This document shows positions 11,401 to 24,472 of a DNA stretch of 64,000 nucleotides, piece by piece (position 1 is the stretch's first letter; each line of letters starts with the position of its first letter). This DNA comes from Tubiluchus corallicola. Its lineage: Eukaryota; Animalia; Priapulida. Location: positions 62,001-126,000 of the forward strand of contig JAQGDQ010000031.1 of assembly GCA_030141605.1 (NCBI GenBank). The letters are read 5' to 3'. Under the pieces are notes generated by a model that saw only the letters and a list, made by a program, of their open reading frames with translations, was not told where the DNA came from and searched no databases. A program made the position numbers and the translations under genes.

Positions 11401-14400
11401 ACAATTATGTTCAGCTCTCCAAACGAGATATTGCCAAGAATACATCATTATTAATGACAACTTCATTTACATCTTTCCTTCTGTATCCCACGCCGCCATA
11501 TTTAGTTGGGCGCTGGGGACCAGGTTAACCATAGACGTACTTTGTATCTTTGTTTCGTGACCCCAAAAAGAAAGTTGTGTTATAACTAATCTCGAAAAGC
11601 GTTATTTCACTTCTACCTTCACAGTTTTTTGGCAGAGATGGAAGCACTAGGAGCAGCGGCGACAACAACAACGACTACAAGTATCACAATAACGACAGGT
11701 ATCATGCAATGTTCAAACGCAATTCTTACACTACACACTGCACGGGAAATCATGACTTAATTGCAAACACTCAGTACACATAATTAATCCACGGACGGTG
11801 TACAAGCTGCTAACCATTTTCATCAATATTTATCAGGTGTTCTGCCTCTTACCTGTAATTAGGTATAAGTGCATTTATATGGAAACTCTGCTACCTGATG
11901 TTTACACTCAATCGAACAAGGTGCTTACAAGCGTGCAATCACCAAATAGTGACACGCACCTGATGAAATATGTAGTAATTCTGTAGTTTCCTGTAGCAAT
12001 TGAAATATAGCGCAGGTAAAAAAACAGCGAACTTCATGATCACGATGCTGTTGCCTGTCGAACATTTATAATTACATATTTAATATTTATTACACAATTA
12101 CTATTCACAATTTCATACAATGTTTCTTAGCTGTTGCAGTGTAAGAACTTGTTTGTTTGGGTCGCATTGTGTACAATATCTTTCGTTGGCTGGGATTTTA
12201 TTAAATTTATGGTGCCTACCAGTTTTTATTGCAACTGTGTGATACATAATTAGATTAATTTTTAACACTAATCACGCATAAAAAATGCTTTTACCAAAAT
12301 AGCCTAATACAAATTTCTAAGTTAATTTAATCTAGTTTTTTAAATAAAGGTATGTAATATAAATGAAAATAGTTCAAAAATATGCCCTGATAGTTGTAGA
12401 CGTGATACATGAAGATGCTTTTGAGAATCTACCAAAATGGAGAGGTCAACAAAATGTACCACACAGCATTCTCGACAAACCTTCTCAGCCTATTGTCAAA
12501 GAAAGATGGGATAACAATGGTAGATATTCTTGTAAGAACTCTGACTTTAGAATACCGGGGCCAAGCTGGAATGGCTAGGCAATTAAAATACTGATAGGGT
12601 ATGTAAGACTAAGGAGTTTGGAAACCATACTCACATCATAGAAGCACGTTCAACAGATTTACATTTAGAGTGTAGAAAGAGGCTTAGAGTTACACTGGCT
12701 ACAGATTAGGAGATATGTACTGAGCAACGACTTGCCAGTTTTAAGAAATTTGACAAAAACCGGCAATCAAAGTCACCATGTCTGCATCAAACACCTTTAT
12801 CATCTTCTGTAAAAATAATTGGACGCTAAAAGTCCAATTATTTTACAGAAATTTACCTCACTTTTCTTACAGTCGATTTGTGAAAAATTGGGAAGTAATA
12901 CTGCCCACTAATCTATATTGTTATATATTCATTGGTCTAAAAACTACGTTGCTATTTATTGGCAAACCAACTAAATATTCTATGCAGCACTGGAAATTCC
13001 AAAAACAGACGGTCCGGGCGATTCACAAAGAGCCAGTTTTCATAGTAGCCTCGCGGGTGAAATTTTTATTGACGAATTTTGGCGTAAAACTAATTTATTC
13101 GATCACAATTTTACTTGCGCACTAGTGTTGCTGTTCTGTAAGAACTGAGAAATAATACAGACCATCTAATTGGCTGACGGTACATTGAGTCTCAAGCCTT
13201 ATAATCTTTTAGAGAGGCACTCATCTAATTGAAAGTTACAGACTCAATGAAGATTAGCCATTAAGCAGTGTGAAGCCATCAGCTAATCAATGACACGCTC
13301 AGAGACAGAAAAGATGCCAGTCATTAGAAGGCAACCAACCACACAGTAACAGTTCCAATAGAGTTGAAGGCGTGGAATTCGTAAACTCGATTTATTTTCA
13401 AAATCATGTTAAAAAGATCAACTTCTCTCGCTTCAGTAGGATTCCTTGCACTCAAATTAGCTTTCCATAACGCGGAAAACGCTAGTGAAACCATGTGGAA
13501 GATATGTTCAAGGTCAGCAAACCCTTGGGCTTTTCAGAGAAAATCTCGCTTCTGTTCATGAAGCAGCAAGTTTTTTCTCTTCTCGTATAATTTTCACAAT
13601 TTGTAATTCAGAAGAGAATTGGTCGTGGAAATGCAATAAATGTCATTACTGTAATTGCAATACAAGGTTTTTGCATCCAAAACTACAAATTTCGGGAATT
13701 ATGTTAAATTAAATTATGTCTTATTGCTTTGTCTATGTCAACAAGCATTATAACTAGTTCATTTATTCATTTAACCTGCAGCTGACAAGAAGGGTTGGAT
13801 AAATGGGACTAGCGACATGGCGTTCATAGCCTTATAGTCTTTATTTAAAGTAATACAAAATACTTGCTAAATATTTAAACGTAAGGCCGAATGAAGCCAG
13901 TTAACCAGAGATGTTTTATAGAAATATACCGTTCATATACGCATATTGGCTTAGTACAAATGCGTAGATTTATCAATTCATGTCTAGGAGCACATTTATT
14001 ATGCTGCTGCTGTTTCTCACAATTTTACCCTGGACAGTGGGCATCCCTAGGAGCCAAGATGCAACACAGCTGCTTCTATATCCAATTTCTTTCTCTGAAT
14101 CTCCGGCCGTTTAGTTACGGAATTCCTTTGCCAGAAAATTGTTTTCCTGCTAACTACAAATGCACTTGTTTTAAGAAGAACATGAACACTAACCTCTTAT
14201 TAACAGCAATTTAGTTAGCACATATTGGGGTAATGCTGGCCACATTTAGATTTTTTCAATGGTTTACCTTGTATTTACATTAATATTTTATAAACGCTAG
14301 ATACATATGCATAGTAACAAATACACTACAGAAAAACACACACAGCAGTTGTATTTCAACATTAATTTAATTTAGATGTTTAACTTTCGACCCATAGTAT

Positions 14401-14482
14401 CTTATATTTATATACAGATTAGCAAAATATATAGATAGTATATCTATATAGTATAGTATATATATAGTCTATAGTCTACATA

Positions 14483-14553
<71 letters not shown>
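14483..14553. repeat. Compound (TA)n(GA)n microsatellite
   Basis: Directly visible. Confidence 0.95.
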
Positions 14554-14557
<4 letters not shown>

Positions 14558-17500
14558 ATTATATATTCTATTAAAAAGCTGTCTAGGTCACGTGACCTAA
14601 TTCAAGAGTATAAAAACTGGATGGCCAACATTACCTCACTGTATACCTACAAAAATTTATATTTTAGACTTGCATTCAGTTTCTAATTCCCTTGAAACTT
14701 ATATCACAACAGCTTGGCTTGCCACTCGCTCTGTTTGGGATGATTTATTTAAAAAACAGTGACAGAACCTTTAAGTTCTGAGAGATCGATGACACAAGCA
14801 GCCATGGCATAAACAAACTTTGAAATCAATTCAGCTGATGGGCAGTACATTATAATTAATTAATTAATTAATAATTAATAACTAATTGGATTTGTAAAAT
14901 CGGACAAATCACCTAATATAATTTACATGAATATTGCAACTCAGAAAAAGCATCTATATACTTTACCTTCCATGCGAAATCCGCTGTCTAAGCAGAATCC
15001 TAAACACGATCAGTTTACTAAACACACGTAGAGCTTTCTCTCACGGCGGTAGTTGCTCAGTGATCTATTAAGTCAATGAATACTAATGTTGGCTTTCTTC
15101 ATTACATTCATAGCATGCTGATCACACACAACTGTGTTGCCACAGAACTGGGCTTCAGAGTGTGGCTTCAGCGGCACTAGCAGTCGACGCGCAACGTGGC
15201 TCATTTCTGATTACATGGGCATACCACGCAGGTTACGAATATTTTCTTAATGGGCTTCGCGGCGCTTGAGCACCGAGCTCGAACCCGCGTCACCAGAAGC
15301 GGTTACTCTTCACAACAAGATCTACATTGAGTCTGTAATATCGAAAACATACTGACTGGACAGGATGATAGCCCACCCATAGTGAATTATGACAGTCAGT
15401 GTGACTTGAACATTCAGCGAACAGTACTTTCGAACATTTACACCACATGTATGTATGTTACAGGCAAAGTGTGAAGTCGGGTATTTTATAGAACGCCTAG
15501 GCATTTTATAGAGTGCCAAAATAAACCAGGTAAAAAGTGTCTAAAATAGCTCTTTTTACACTTTTCCTAGTAATTATATACACTGCAAAAGTCTCTCTAG
15601 GCAAAGCGTGTAATTCTTAGATTTTAAGTATATATTTCCTAGGCATTTTATAGAATATCGAATAAATTTTAGTTAATATAATTATTTAAATTAAACAAAT
15701 GTCCACTTGGCCTGGTATAATTTTAAATGATGAGTCTGAATGGAAGAATGTACTGACGAATGAACGGAATAATGAACGAATGAAGCAATAGACGTGGCAG
15801 GCGGAAAGCAAAACCTGCTGAGTACTAATGAAGTCACAGCAACTGAAAAATTGACATCAAAGACATGCTGTTGTTGACAGAAAATTCATATATTACTCGG
15901 CATTAAAGGTGGCTTTATCTTGCTTGTTGTTTATGACGGCGAACACTGATATAATGATATTTGATTTTTGACTGAAATCTCGACGCATTTTTATTATTGT
16001 GACTTATTCTAATTCATCTCTTTTTGCTATTTTTTCGCCACTATGGTTCACTAGATGTTTTCCTATTTGTGAAATTACAGATTCTCCCTGAAGATGGAGC
16101 TAGTTTAACGAAAGACGCATAGTATTTGAGTTTTTCTGAAAAATAGCGTGTAGTCAGTTTTCTCCGTTGCAGTGACTTTATTAGAACTAATGAATGGGTG
16201 AGTGAAAGAATTCGGGAATGAATGGCCAAAGAAATGAATAAGCAAATGGATGGATGAATGAATGAACAAGCTGACAAGCAACTGATTAAACTCGAGTAAA
16301 TAATTAAACAAATGTACAACGAACAAAGTATAGAATACAAGCAAATAAATCATCAAAAACAGATAAACAAGAAAACGAATAACCGAATGCCAGCAAGCAA
16401 AAGAACAGTTCAAGTACATAAATGAAGAAATGAAAGAAGCATACAAGAAATGTGAGGAAACAAATGAATGAACGAGTGAGTGATTGTATGCACTTCAGTT
16501 TCAGTCCTCAAACAATTCTTAACACGAAGGTGAAGAGTTCAAGAGTAATTGTTAAAAAGAAAAAAGAAAAAATGCAAAAAGACTGAGGTAATGATTGGGG
16601 CAGATGTAGTTTCTTCTATCTACCACTTTGATTAAAAAAAAACTACTTCAAATTATCAGATTAATGTATACTACAGCATATAATTTGCACATGTATTTTA
16701 AATTATTAATAAATCTAAATTATGTAATTATACAGAAAAACCATCAGAGTACATAAAATAGTCTCATATTTATAAATATGTGTCCACTTAAACTTGACTG
16801 TTAATGAAATATGGACAGCAAATAACTTGCCAGATATTAACTAATTATGACGTAGCATTAATATAGGTTAATTACATACCCATTTTCGTAATAAATGCAA
16901 ATTGAAACAAAAACAACTATTTTTATGCGCATGTTTTTAAAAGGGGTAAATTTAATAAAGAATTAAGCAAAAATTACGTTAAGCAGTCCCGCCCCTCAGT
17001 GACACACCCACACCAAAATCATGAAGTCACTTTTGTACTACAGATTTACACATCGCACGCAATACATGCTTCATTTAGTATTTTAATGTATCCGCAGCTA
17101 CAAACACCCCCAACCAGCACTAAAAACTCTGTAAGTTTGACTACACCCACGGACTGCTAACTAATGCATTAATATCAGCAGGTTTAAAGACTTCTTGGGC
17201 TGCATTATTGCTCAAATTCCCAGATGAGGTGAAATAGAATTGCTCAGCTAAACGATAATTACAAGGCAGGATTACAGTCAGGCAGGATACAATATCCGTA
17301 CTGTAATGCAGTTTATTATCTATCTCTGGAATGTACATTGACCCACTCTTGTAAAATGTTATTCTTCCACATTTCTGTAAATCTTGCTAAATCTTGCATC
17401 AAAATGAACCTTAAAACCATTTCAACTGAGTTAAATTATAAACAAGGATGCAGACATAGATGTGAATTGAATAACACTAACTGAAAAATTTGTTATAAAT

Positions 17501-18069
17501 GACCTTTTACTTAAAGCTAATAGACACTTCTATTGACTGTGATCCAGCAAAGCTACAAGATCATTGATGAAAAAGTCAGAAGCTTATTTAAAACCTTGTC
17601 CATTCTAAATTATTATTACAAAAACAGCCAAAAAACAGCATCAACAGAACTATTAGCACTATTCCAAGCAAAACAATTATTTTAATGCATTAGGTTTATG
17701 AATTTATATCTGATGCAAAGTTTTGGAACTGTAAATGATTTTTGTGAATTTACCAAGTAATTTGTAGCTCCTAACAGATAAACCCTCAACAAAGAGAATA
17801 ACATTATTCAACTTTGAGCTGGTTAATTGCAATAAAGTGAAAAACAGTATGCGGAGATTAATTATCTTCCTTTGCAGACACACACTATACTTACATAAGG
17901 ATTTTTTTAATTATAAATGATCACAATCTAAGTGTGCATGTGTTTGTAAAGGGAAAATTAAAGTACAGTAATGCAGAGCATTGTGTGATACACAAAAATT
18001 CTGCAAATTTTAAGTTTAAAATTCAAAGCTGAAATTTACCATTATGTTTATGCATCAGCTCCCGAATGT

Positions 18070-18240
18070 GTCACAAGTGAACACAAAGTTGAAAAGTGCA
18101 GCACCTGTTTTTTGTGGAATGTGTTTCAGAGATGCAGGTACAATGCCCATCTAACTAATGAATGGCAAAATGTATACAACGGCAAAGAACTAGCTGTGTG
18201 AACGTGAAATTATGTTTCCATGGTAATGATTTTTTCACAT
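18070..18240 (-). repeat. Dispersed repeat, copy 2 (homologous to 8225-8400)
   Basis: cagcacctgttttttgtg, tctaacta and gaacgtgaaatt are reverse complements of copy 1 motifs. Confidence 0.75.
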
Positions 18241-20075
18241 AAGTTATTATTTATAAAAATGGTTGCTCAGTTGATATTGTTAATTTGCTGCTTTAAAATT
18301 TAAAACTTAAAGATGAGATTCTACACAGTCTACATGCATTTTCTTTTAAAATTTTTGCTTTCTTCTGTAAGAAGAAGAAAGTTGTTGTATCATTTGCCCC
18401 ATACTACCCTACTGTTGACATGTTGGCCAATTCATTAATTATGAAACTGCACGCCAAAAATAGCTTTCATATGTTCATGACAACACAAATTGTCGCAGGT
18501 TACTTGGAAATAAACTATGTCATAATTTTCCAAGTGCAGGGTTTTAAATTTTGATTGTCTGCTATCAAATTCTTGACTGTAAAATAGACACCCTTTAAGT
18601 TTTAGTACTATGAATCATTGCTACATATTTTCAAATGTTTTTGTGCAGTTTTGACTTCCAAAAAATAAAGAAAACTTATCAAAAGTTCCTGATATATAAA
18701 GAACTAATCAGCAAAAACGAAGTAATCAAATATCAACTGTCAACACCAAACCAGAAGAATATGAACGGAATGCCATAAAAACAGTTTACACAATGCTTCA
18801 GGTTAAAGATGAAACCAAGATAAGATTCAGTAAAATCCTCGGAAAAATCCAGTAAAATGTTTTCAGTTATTTTGCACCAGCAGTTACATGTTAGCTCGTG
18901 AAGCCAAAGCAAAATTCACTTACTACGGAGAAACACGGTAAATAAACAAACAATCTAATGTCATAAACTTAGAGACAAATTTTATGAATATTATAATATG
19001 ACACAACTGATTCTTTCAAAGTGCAAAATTAATGTTTCAATTCTTAAATATGTATGTATAACGGACATCAGGATAAAGATAAAATGATTTTGCTAATGTA
19101 CATACATTACAACAAACAGCATTTACAGTAAACATGCATATCCACAACCCTGAAGAATGGTGATTTACCATTACATGACCGTCCCATTCCAAAGGTACGA
19201 CAAATGAGCTGCAGAATATATAGAATTACGCAATTACAGTGATTGCGTATTTACACAAGTAGACACATTTAATACCAACATTTAATACCACATTTAATAC
19301 CAAACTGTTTTCTCATGCAATCTAGAATGAATCATGTAGCATTTCAGTACTGTCGTCTATACACCTGCCTGACCAAGCCCAATATCTTCAATCATTCATT
19401 TAAAACACAAACATCCATCTAAGAACTTAATATCGGCAATGTATATTTTGAACAGGTCACGAACAAAAACTTTTGTCATTTTTGTTACTCACACCGATTG
19501 TACGGTATGAAAAAAGTCTGCTAAACGTTATCTTATCAAAAAAAAGATAAGATCAGAATATGGAAATGAATTTCTTTTCGCAATAGACATAAGACTAGTT
19601 TAAATATGTGCAGTCTTTTTTGGAGTTCATAGCATGATAAAACAGCACCGTCCATCCAAATTGGTTGGCTTGATAAGTAGTTAGCCTGATTTTTTTTATA
19701 ATATTTAAGATCATACCATCAGAATTCAACATAAACACAAGCTGGGGATTTGTTAAAAAATAGTAGACTAATAAATATTATTAATGCCAAATAACCTTCA
19801 GCTGGAGTACTATGTAGATCGTACCATAACCACTTTGGAACAGAATCAATTGTAAAAGAGCGGAAGGGTTGGTTGATGGCATAATCTTTTAAAACACTGA
19901 ACTATTAATGAAAAATTATACAAAGTGTTTAAATGATCAAGCAGAAGTGAAGACCGTGAATTAATGGGCGCTGTTATGACAGTATTGATGCAAAGGGTCA
20001 TGACAGCTATATAACATAGGAAATGCTGCAGCAAGGGAAAAAAATAGATGACACAGTTGTTGCTATCTGTTAGAC

Positions 20076-20418
20076 CAGTGTTTCCCAAAGTGGACAGTAA
20101 TGCCCCCTCCCCCAGCGCAGTGGAAAAATCTGAAATGCGATAAGGGGACGACAGGATGGCATTAGAAGCAGTTAATAAATAACTTTTTGCTTTTACAAAA
20201 CTCGAATCACAAAATATATGTCATAAACGCTATGGAGAATAAAACTGACATAAGAATTATAAACGAGTGCATTGCATTTAATCTTGTGTTTTCAATTTGC
20301 AGTGTAACAAAAAATAAAAAAGGCGAGTGTTTGCATGTGTGTATGAGGGGGGAGGGGGCACTAGGAACCCACGTTGAAGCCTAGGGAGTGCCAGTCTGGA
20401 AAAATCTGGGAATCACTG
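20076..20418. mobile_element. hAT/Charlie-type MITE
   Basis: TIRs cagtgtttccca and tgggaatcactg. 8-bp TSD tgttagac (20068-20075) and tgttagat (20419-20426). Confidence 0.88.
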
Positions 20419-22589
20419 TGTTAGATAATAAGTGAAACAACAATCTGCCAACCTTGGCTGAATGTTAGCACTATGTTAAACAGTTAACAATCCGTATGTT
20501 TAAGTTAATTTAAAGCTTGCAAGGCAGCATGCCTCACCTAGAATTGTAGACAATTGCTAAGACAGAACAATTAGCGGTTATTCCGAAATTATTATGCAAT
20601 GTGCACAACACCAAAACAGCAATTTTTCTCATAAGTGAACAATGACATAACAGGTCACTCTTCAATTGTTCTTAGAAAGTTAAAAACCACAGCAAACACA
20701 CAAACAGCAAAACAATGTGGAAAAGGTTTGGCACTTGGGAAAAAATCGCACAGAAAAGTGATCTCTCAATCCCTCCTAACCTTTCTGTTGACATGAGCGA
20801 ACAACACTGGTCGATAAACACCAATGTGGCTTAGATAATTAGGATTCACAGTAACTGTTCATTGTCATTATAATAACAGAAATAATGTACATAATAAGGG
20901 AAATTCTGCATAGTTCATTAAACATTTTAAAGCTAGTTGGAAAGAAGTACATTATTTTGGAATAATTTACATACTTGTTGCCACTTAATAATGAGTTTTT
21001 TATCGCAAATCTATATATTTCCGGGGATAATACCTAGCATTCACAATTCATACCAACAAAACTAAATATGATCCATAGCTTTGCTAATTACTGCAGCAAC
21101 TAACATCCAACTTACATGTTGGCTCAGTTTAGTACTAGTTGCACGCGTCATTACAGGTAGTGGTCGACTAACAACTTATGCAACTCACAACTGTTTGGCT
21201 TTACGACCCGATCAAATCTTAATGAATTAATAATGCAAAACTAATAATAACTCATATTTTCTTCTTCTTTCTAAGCAAATTAATTTTAAATCGCTATCAT
21301 TTGCAGTAAATTCATATGTAGGCGCTGCTATACTTAGTGCACGTACATATACAACATCTCACGTGTAGGGCACACCACTTTAATATGCAGGTCTGACTTG
21401 AGTCTCATTTGTCTTACAACCAATTTACCAGAACCGATTGTGGTCGTAAATTGATGAATACCTGTACCTATGATCTTCAGCAGAAATCCTCAAAGTCAAA
21501 GGTTTATATCATCCAAGGTGTCCAAAGTCAGTGACAGTCACTGTCAATGTAATACATACTGACCGGAGATAGTGGAATCCAATGTCTAATGGAGTGAAAG
21601 TCATGCGGACATCAAGCAAAGTCAGCAGACACAAATATCCCATGCAGTATTATCAATACTTAATGTGACATAACATTTTATTAGAGTAAAATAAAATGAA
21701 CTGAACATAAATTTAAAAATAATTTATGAAAGAAAATTTAATTTTTTTGTCAATTGGTCAACGTACCTTTTCTGTTGCCTGTTCTCCTGTTTGTAGTACA
21801 GCCCTGCGAACCTTACCACGTGCATCAGCTTGGTAACAATAAGTCGAAGAACACTTAAATATTTAACGCCTACCACGGGGGACAAAAATGCGACAGAGTT
21901 GACTAGAAGGCGAACTTCAAATTTGTGAGATAACTGCCGCGAAAAATCCAGAAGCCAGTACACTTTGTGTAATATTTTCGGTACGCATGGACGAAATACA
22001 AGAAGAAAGATTTGTGTATGAAAATTAGAAGAATTTAGAAATGATAATAATTATTTTGATTTTTCGGCAGTTTCTACTTGGCAATACAAAATATCTTCGT
22101 TTCGTGCTTGCCGCGTCGAAGGCCGAGACTTTTGTACGCAACTGTGACGCCTCCATGACCAATTAATCTAAAATAAATGAAATAAAACGTCGTTCTTCTT
22201 TTTCTTTTTTTATTATCATTTAATATTACAATTATCATTATTATTATTGCCATTATTATTATCATTTATGGAATCGCGTACGGAACTTCATCCCTTCTAG
22301 TGACAGATTGAACGATTCTAATACTACATACCTCATATTATCATAACGCACGGAGCGAACTCACCCTAGCTGAAACCCATTGTGCTTTGTGTTTAGATTC
22401 ATACTCAAAATTCCAAGAGATAATAACTATTGGGATGTTTCTTAGATTGCTTTTTAAATTTAGGGTTTTACAGTTATAGGCATGTATATTGTATAGTTTA
22501 ACATGTGTAAATACTAAACAGTGGAGTTTGTTTTATAGTTTTATATTGCTTTTACACATTGTTAGATGGTTAAGCTGTTGTCAGTGCTG

Positions 22590-24200
22590 GCTTTTATAAT
22601 TATGACTCATTACCTCGCTCTTACTTACTATTATTCAGGAATTCCTTCATCAGATGTTTTTCCAGCTGAATACATAGCTATATGCAAGGATCACCCTACT
22701 TTTGGAGATGGAGTTGCAGCATTAGTTCATAATCCTTTTTTATTTTCACCTATTTTTTCTCATAGTGATTTTGAAATTGTAGCCTATTGATATTGTCTTA
22801 ACATTTTCCAGTCGGTGTTATCTGTAAATGCACAGATAGTCAGAGGTGGACTGGATATTCCACACATTTTCTACTGCCCCCATGCATGAAGTCATGCACT
22901 CATTTATTGACCACAATTTTATTTTTCAGTGGGTTTTGGAGCCAACAAGTTTTGACAACGTATTAGATATCATACTGACAAATGAGGATGTGTTGATTCA
23001 TCTATCTATGGGCAATGATAATCCGATATAATTTGAGGTGATTACTAAACAATACACAAACTGTCAGATTCATACACTCGCCTAAACTTTTGGAGGGCTG
23101 ATTACAATGCTTTTACAAATAGACTGGCACAGTAGGTTACTTCACTCGGATGCTTTATCAAATTATCATGCTGGAACAGTTTCCGCAGTTTTCTACCTAA
23201 AGTAATTCATGAGTAGGTCCTCACAACTATTTGCACTTCAGTAGGAACAATTCTTGGTTTACTAGGCCAACCCTTCAAAGTCATAAGCTGTGCAGATATT
23301 TTATATATGGCAAATCCAACTTTAATCTACCTCAGAAGTACACAGTAACAAACGCTAATGCCTAGTGGGTAGGGGTGAGCATTCTCTACCAGAAAGCGAA
23401 TTCGAATCGAACCGAATATGTGACTTTCGAATTCGAATCGAACCGAACTTCAGTGTTTCGAATTCGAACCGAATTCGAATTGAGATTGAAAGATTTTCGA
23501 ACTAGTTTTCGAACCACCAGTAAAAATTAGTCTTACAAAGATCATGCATGCCACTAGATTTTGTTCTACAATAAAACGTCTAGTAACTGGTATAAAATTG
23601 TGCACAGAAATCACTGCTAAATCACGCTAATTGCATGATGTTTCAATCGTTTTAGTGATAAAGAACATATGTGATTGAAGTGCTGAATTATTCGAATCTA
23701 TAGTTTTGGATTCGAATCGAGTTTGAACTAAAAAAACTCGTTCGAATCGATTTCGAGCGTTCGAATTCGATTCGAACGTTCGAACTCGAACGTTAGATGC
23801 TCACCCCTACTAATGGGTCATTAAGTTTGCCAGGCAACAATATGAAAATCGAATAGCCGCTAGTGCAAAATCCAATCCTCAATATTTCTACAAATATGCC
23901 AATTCTCGTCTGTATGCTAAACCATCAATCCCTGCTCTTTGTTCCTAGAATGGTACACTATGTGAAACAGATCTGGCTAAGGCCTGAACTGCTAAATACA
24001 ACTTTCAAGTGTCTTTTACTGAGGATACCGGTGTTTTACCTGACTTCTGTAAACCCTTGTTAAACACACACTACCAGCCCCTTCACTTCCTAACTGACAT
24101 CATTAAATCAAATCTAGCCACCACGTTTGTCTCGCGGTCCTGATAACTATCATCCTTACTTCTTTCAGCAATTAGCTGATGAACTTGCAGAGCCATTAAA
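22590..24200 (+). mobile_element. Decayed CR1-group LINE ORF2 relic (endonuclease to start of RT), interrupted by a MITE
   Basis: Frameshifted motifs in the expected order: KDHPTFGDGVAALV, QWVLEPTSFDNVLDIILTN, NFWRADY..IDW, YENRIAASAKSNPQYFYKYANS, ELLN...FTED, SRGPDNYHPYFFQQLADELAEPL. Confidence 0.88.
23370..23809. mobile_element. hAT-type MITE with TTCGAA-rich subterminal repeats
   Basis: Perfect 13-bp TIR taggggtgagcat/atgctcaccccta. 8-bp TSD ctagtggg (23362-23369) and ctaatggg (23810-23817). Confidence 0.92.
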
Positions 24201-24472
24201 ACATAAGTAAGCGAGTAGTACCACATAGAATTTTATTTTTCTTACTATAATAATATGCATAATGTTATTAGCCATATGATCATTTAATAACTTCATATAT
24301 TTTTATCTTGTAAAACATGCTGAAGTACAAATTAAAACGAGCGCAAACACTGAAGTGAACCTACTGTCATGTGTGAACAAAACCAATGTGAATAAACTCG
24401 CCAGTTCTCGATTACCAATGCGCTTCTTTCAGAAATCGTTTAAGTGGGTTTCTGGGATATTTATGGCGTACT

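Noticed and set aside
11625-11698. Plus-strand exon-like segment (cacag...cag|gtatca)
   Set aside because: No partner exons and no recognisable protein. It overlaps a low-complexity (ACA)n tract.
12363-12700. Possible RTE C-terminal relic (MKMLLRI)
   Set aside because: A single weak motif is not enough to call.
13167-13262. Inverted repeat cattgagtct/agactcaatg as a pre-miRNA
   Set aside because: The stem is only 10 bp with a ~46-nt loop.
15130-15330. Minus-strand GGTTCGAG B-box as a tRNA gene
   Set aside because: No cloverleaf or convincing A box. At most it is a decayed SINE head.
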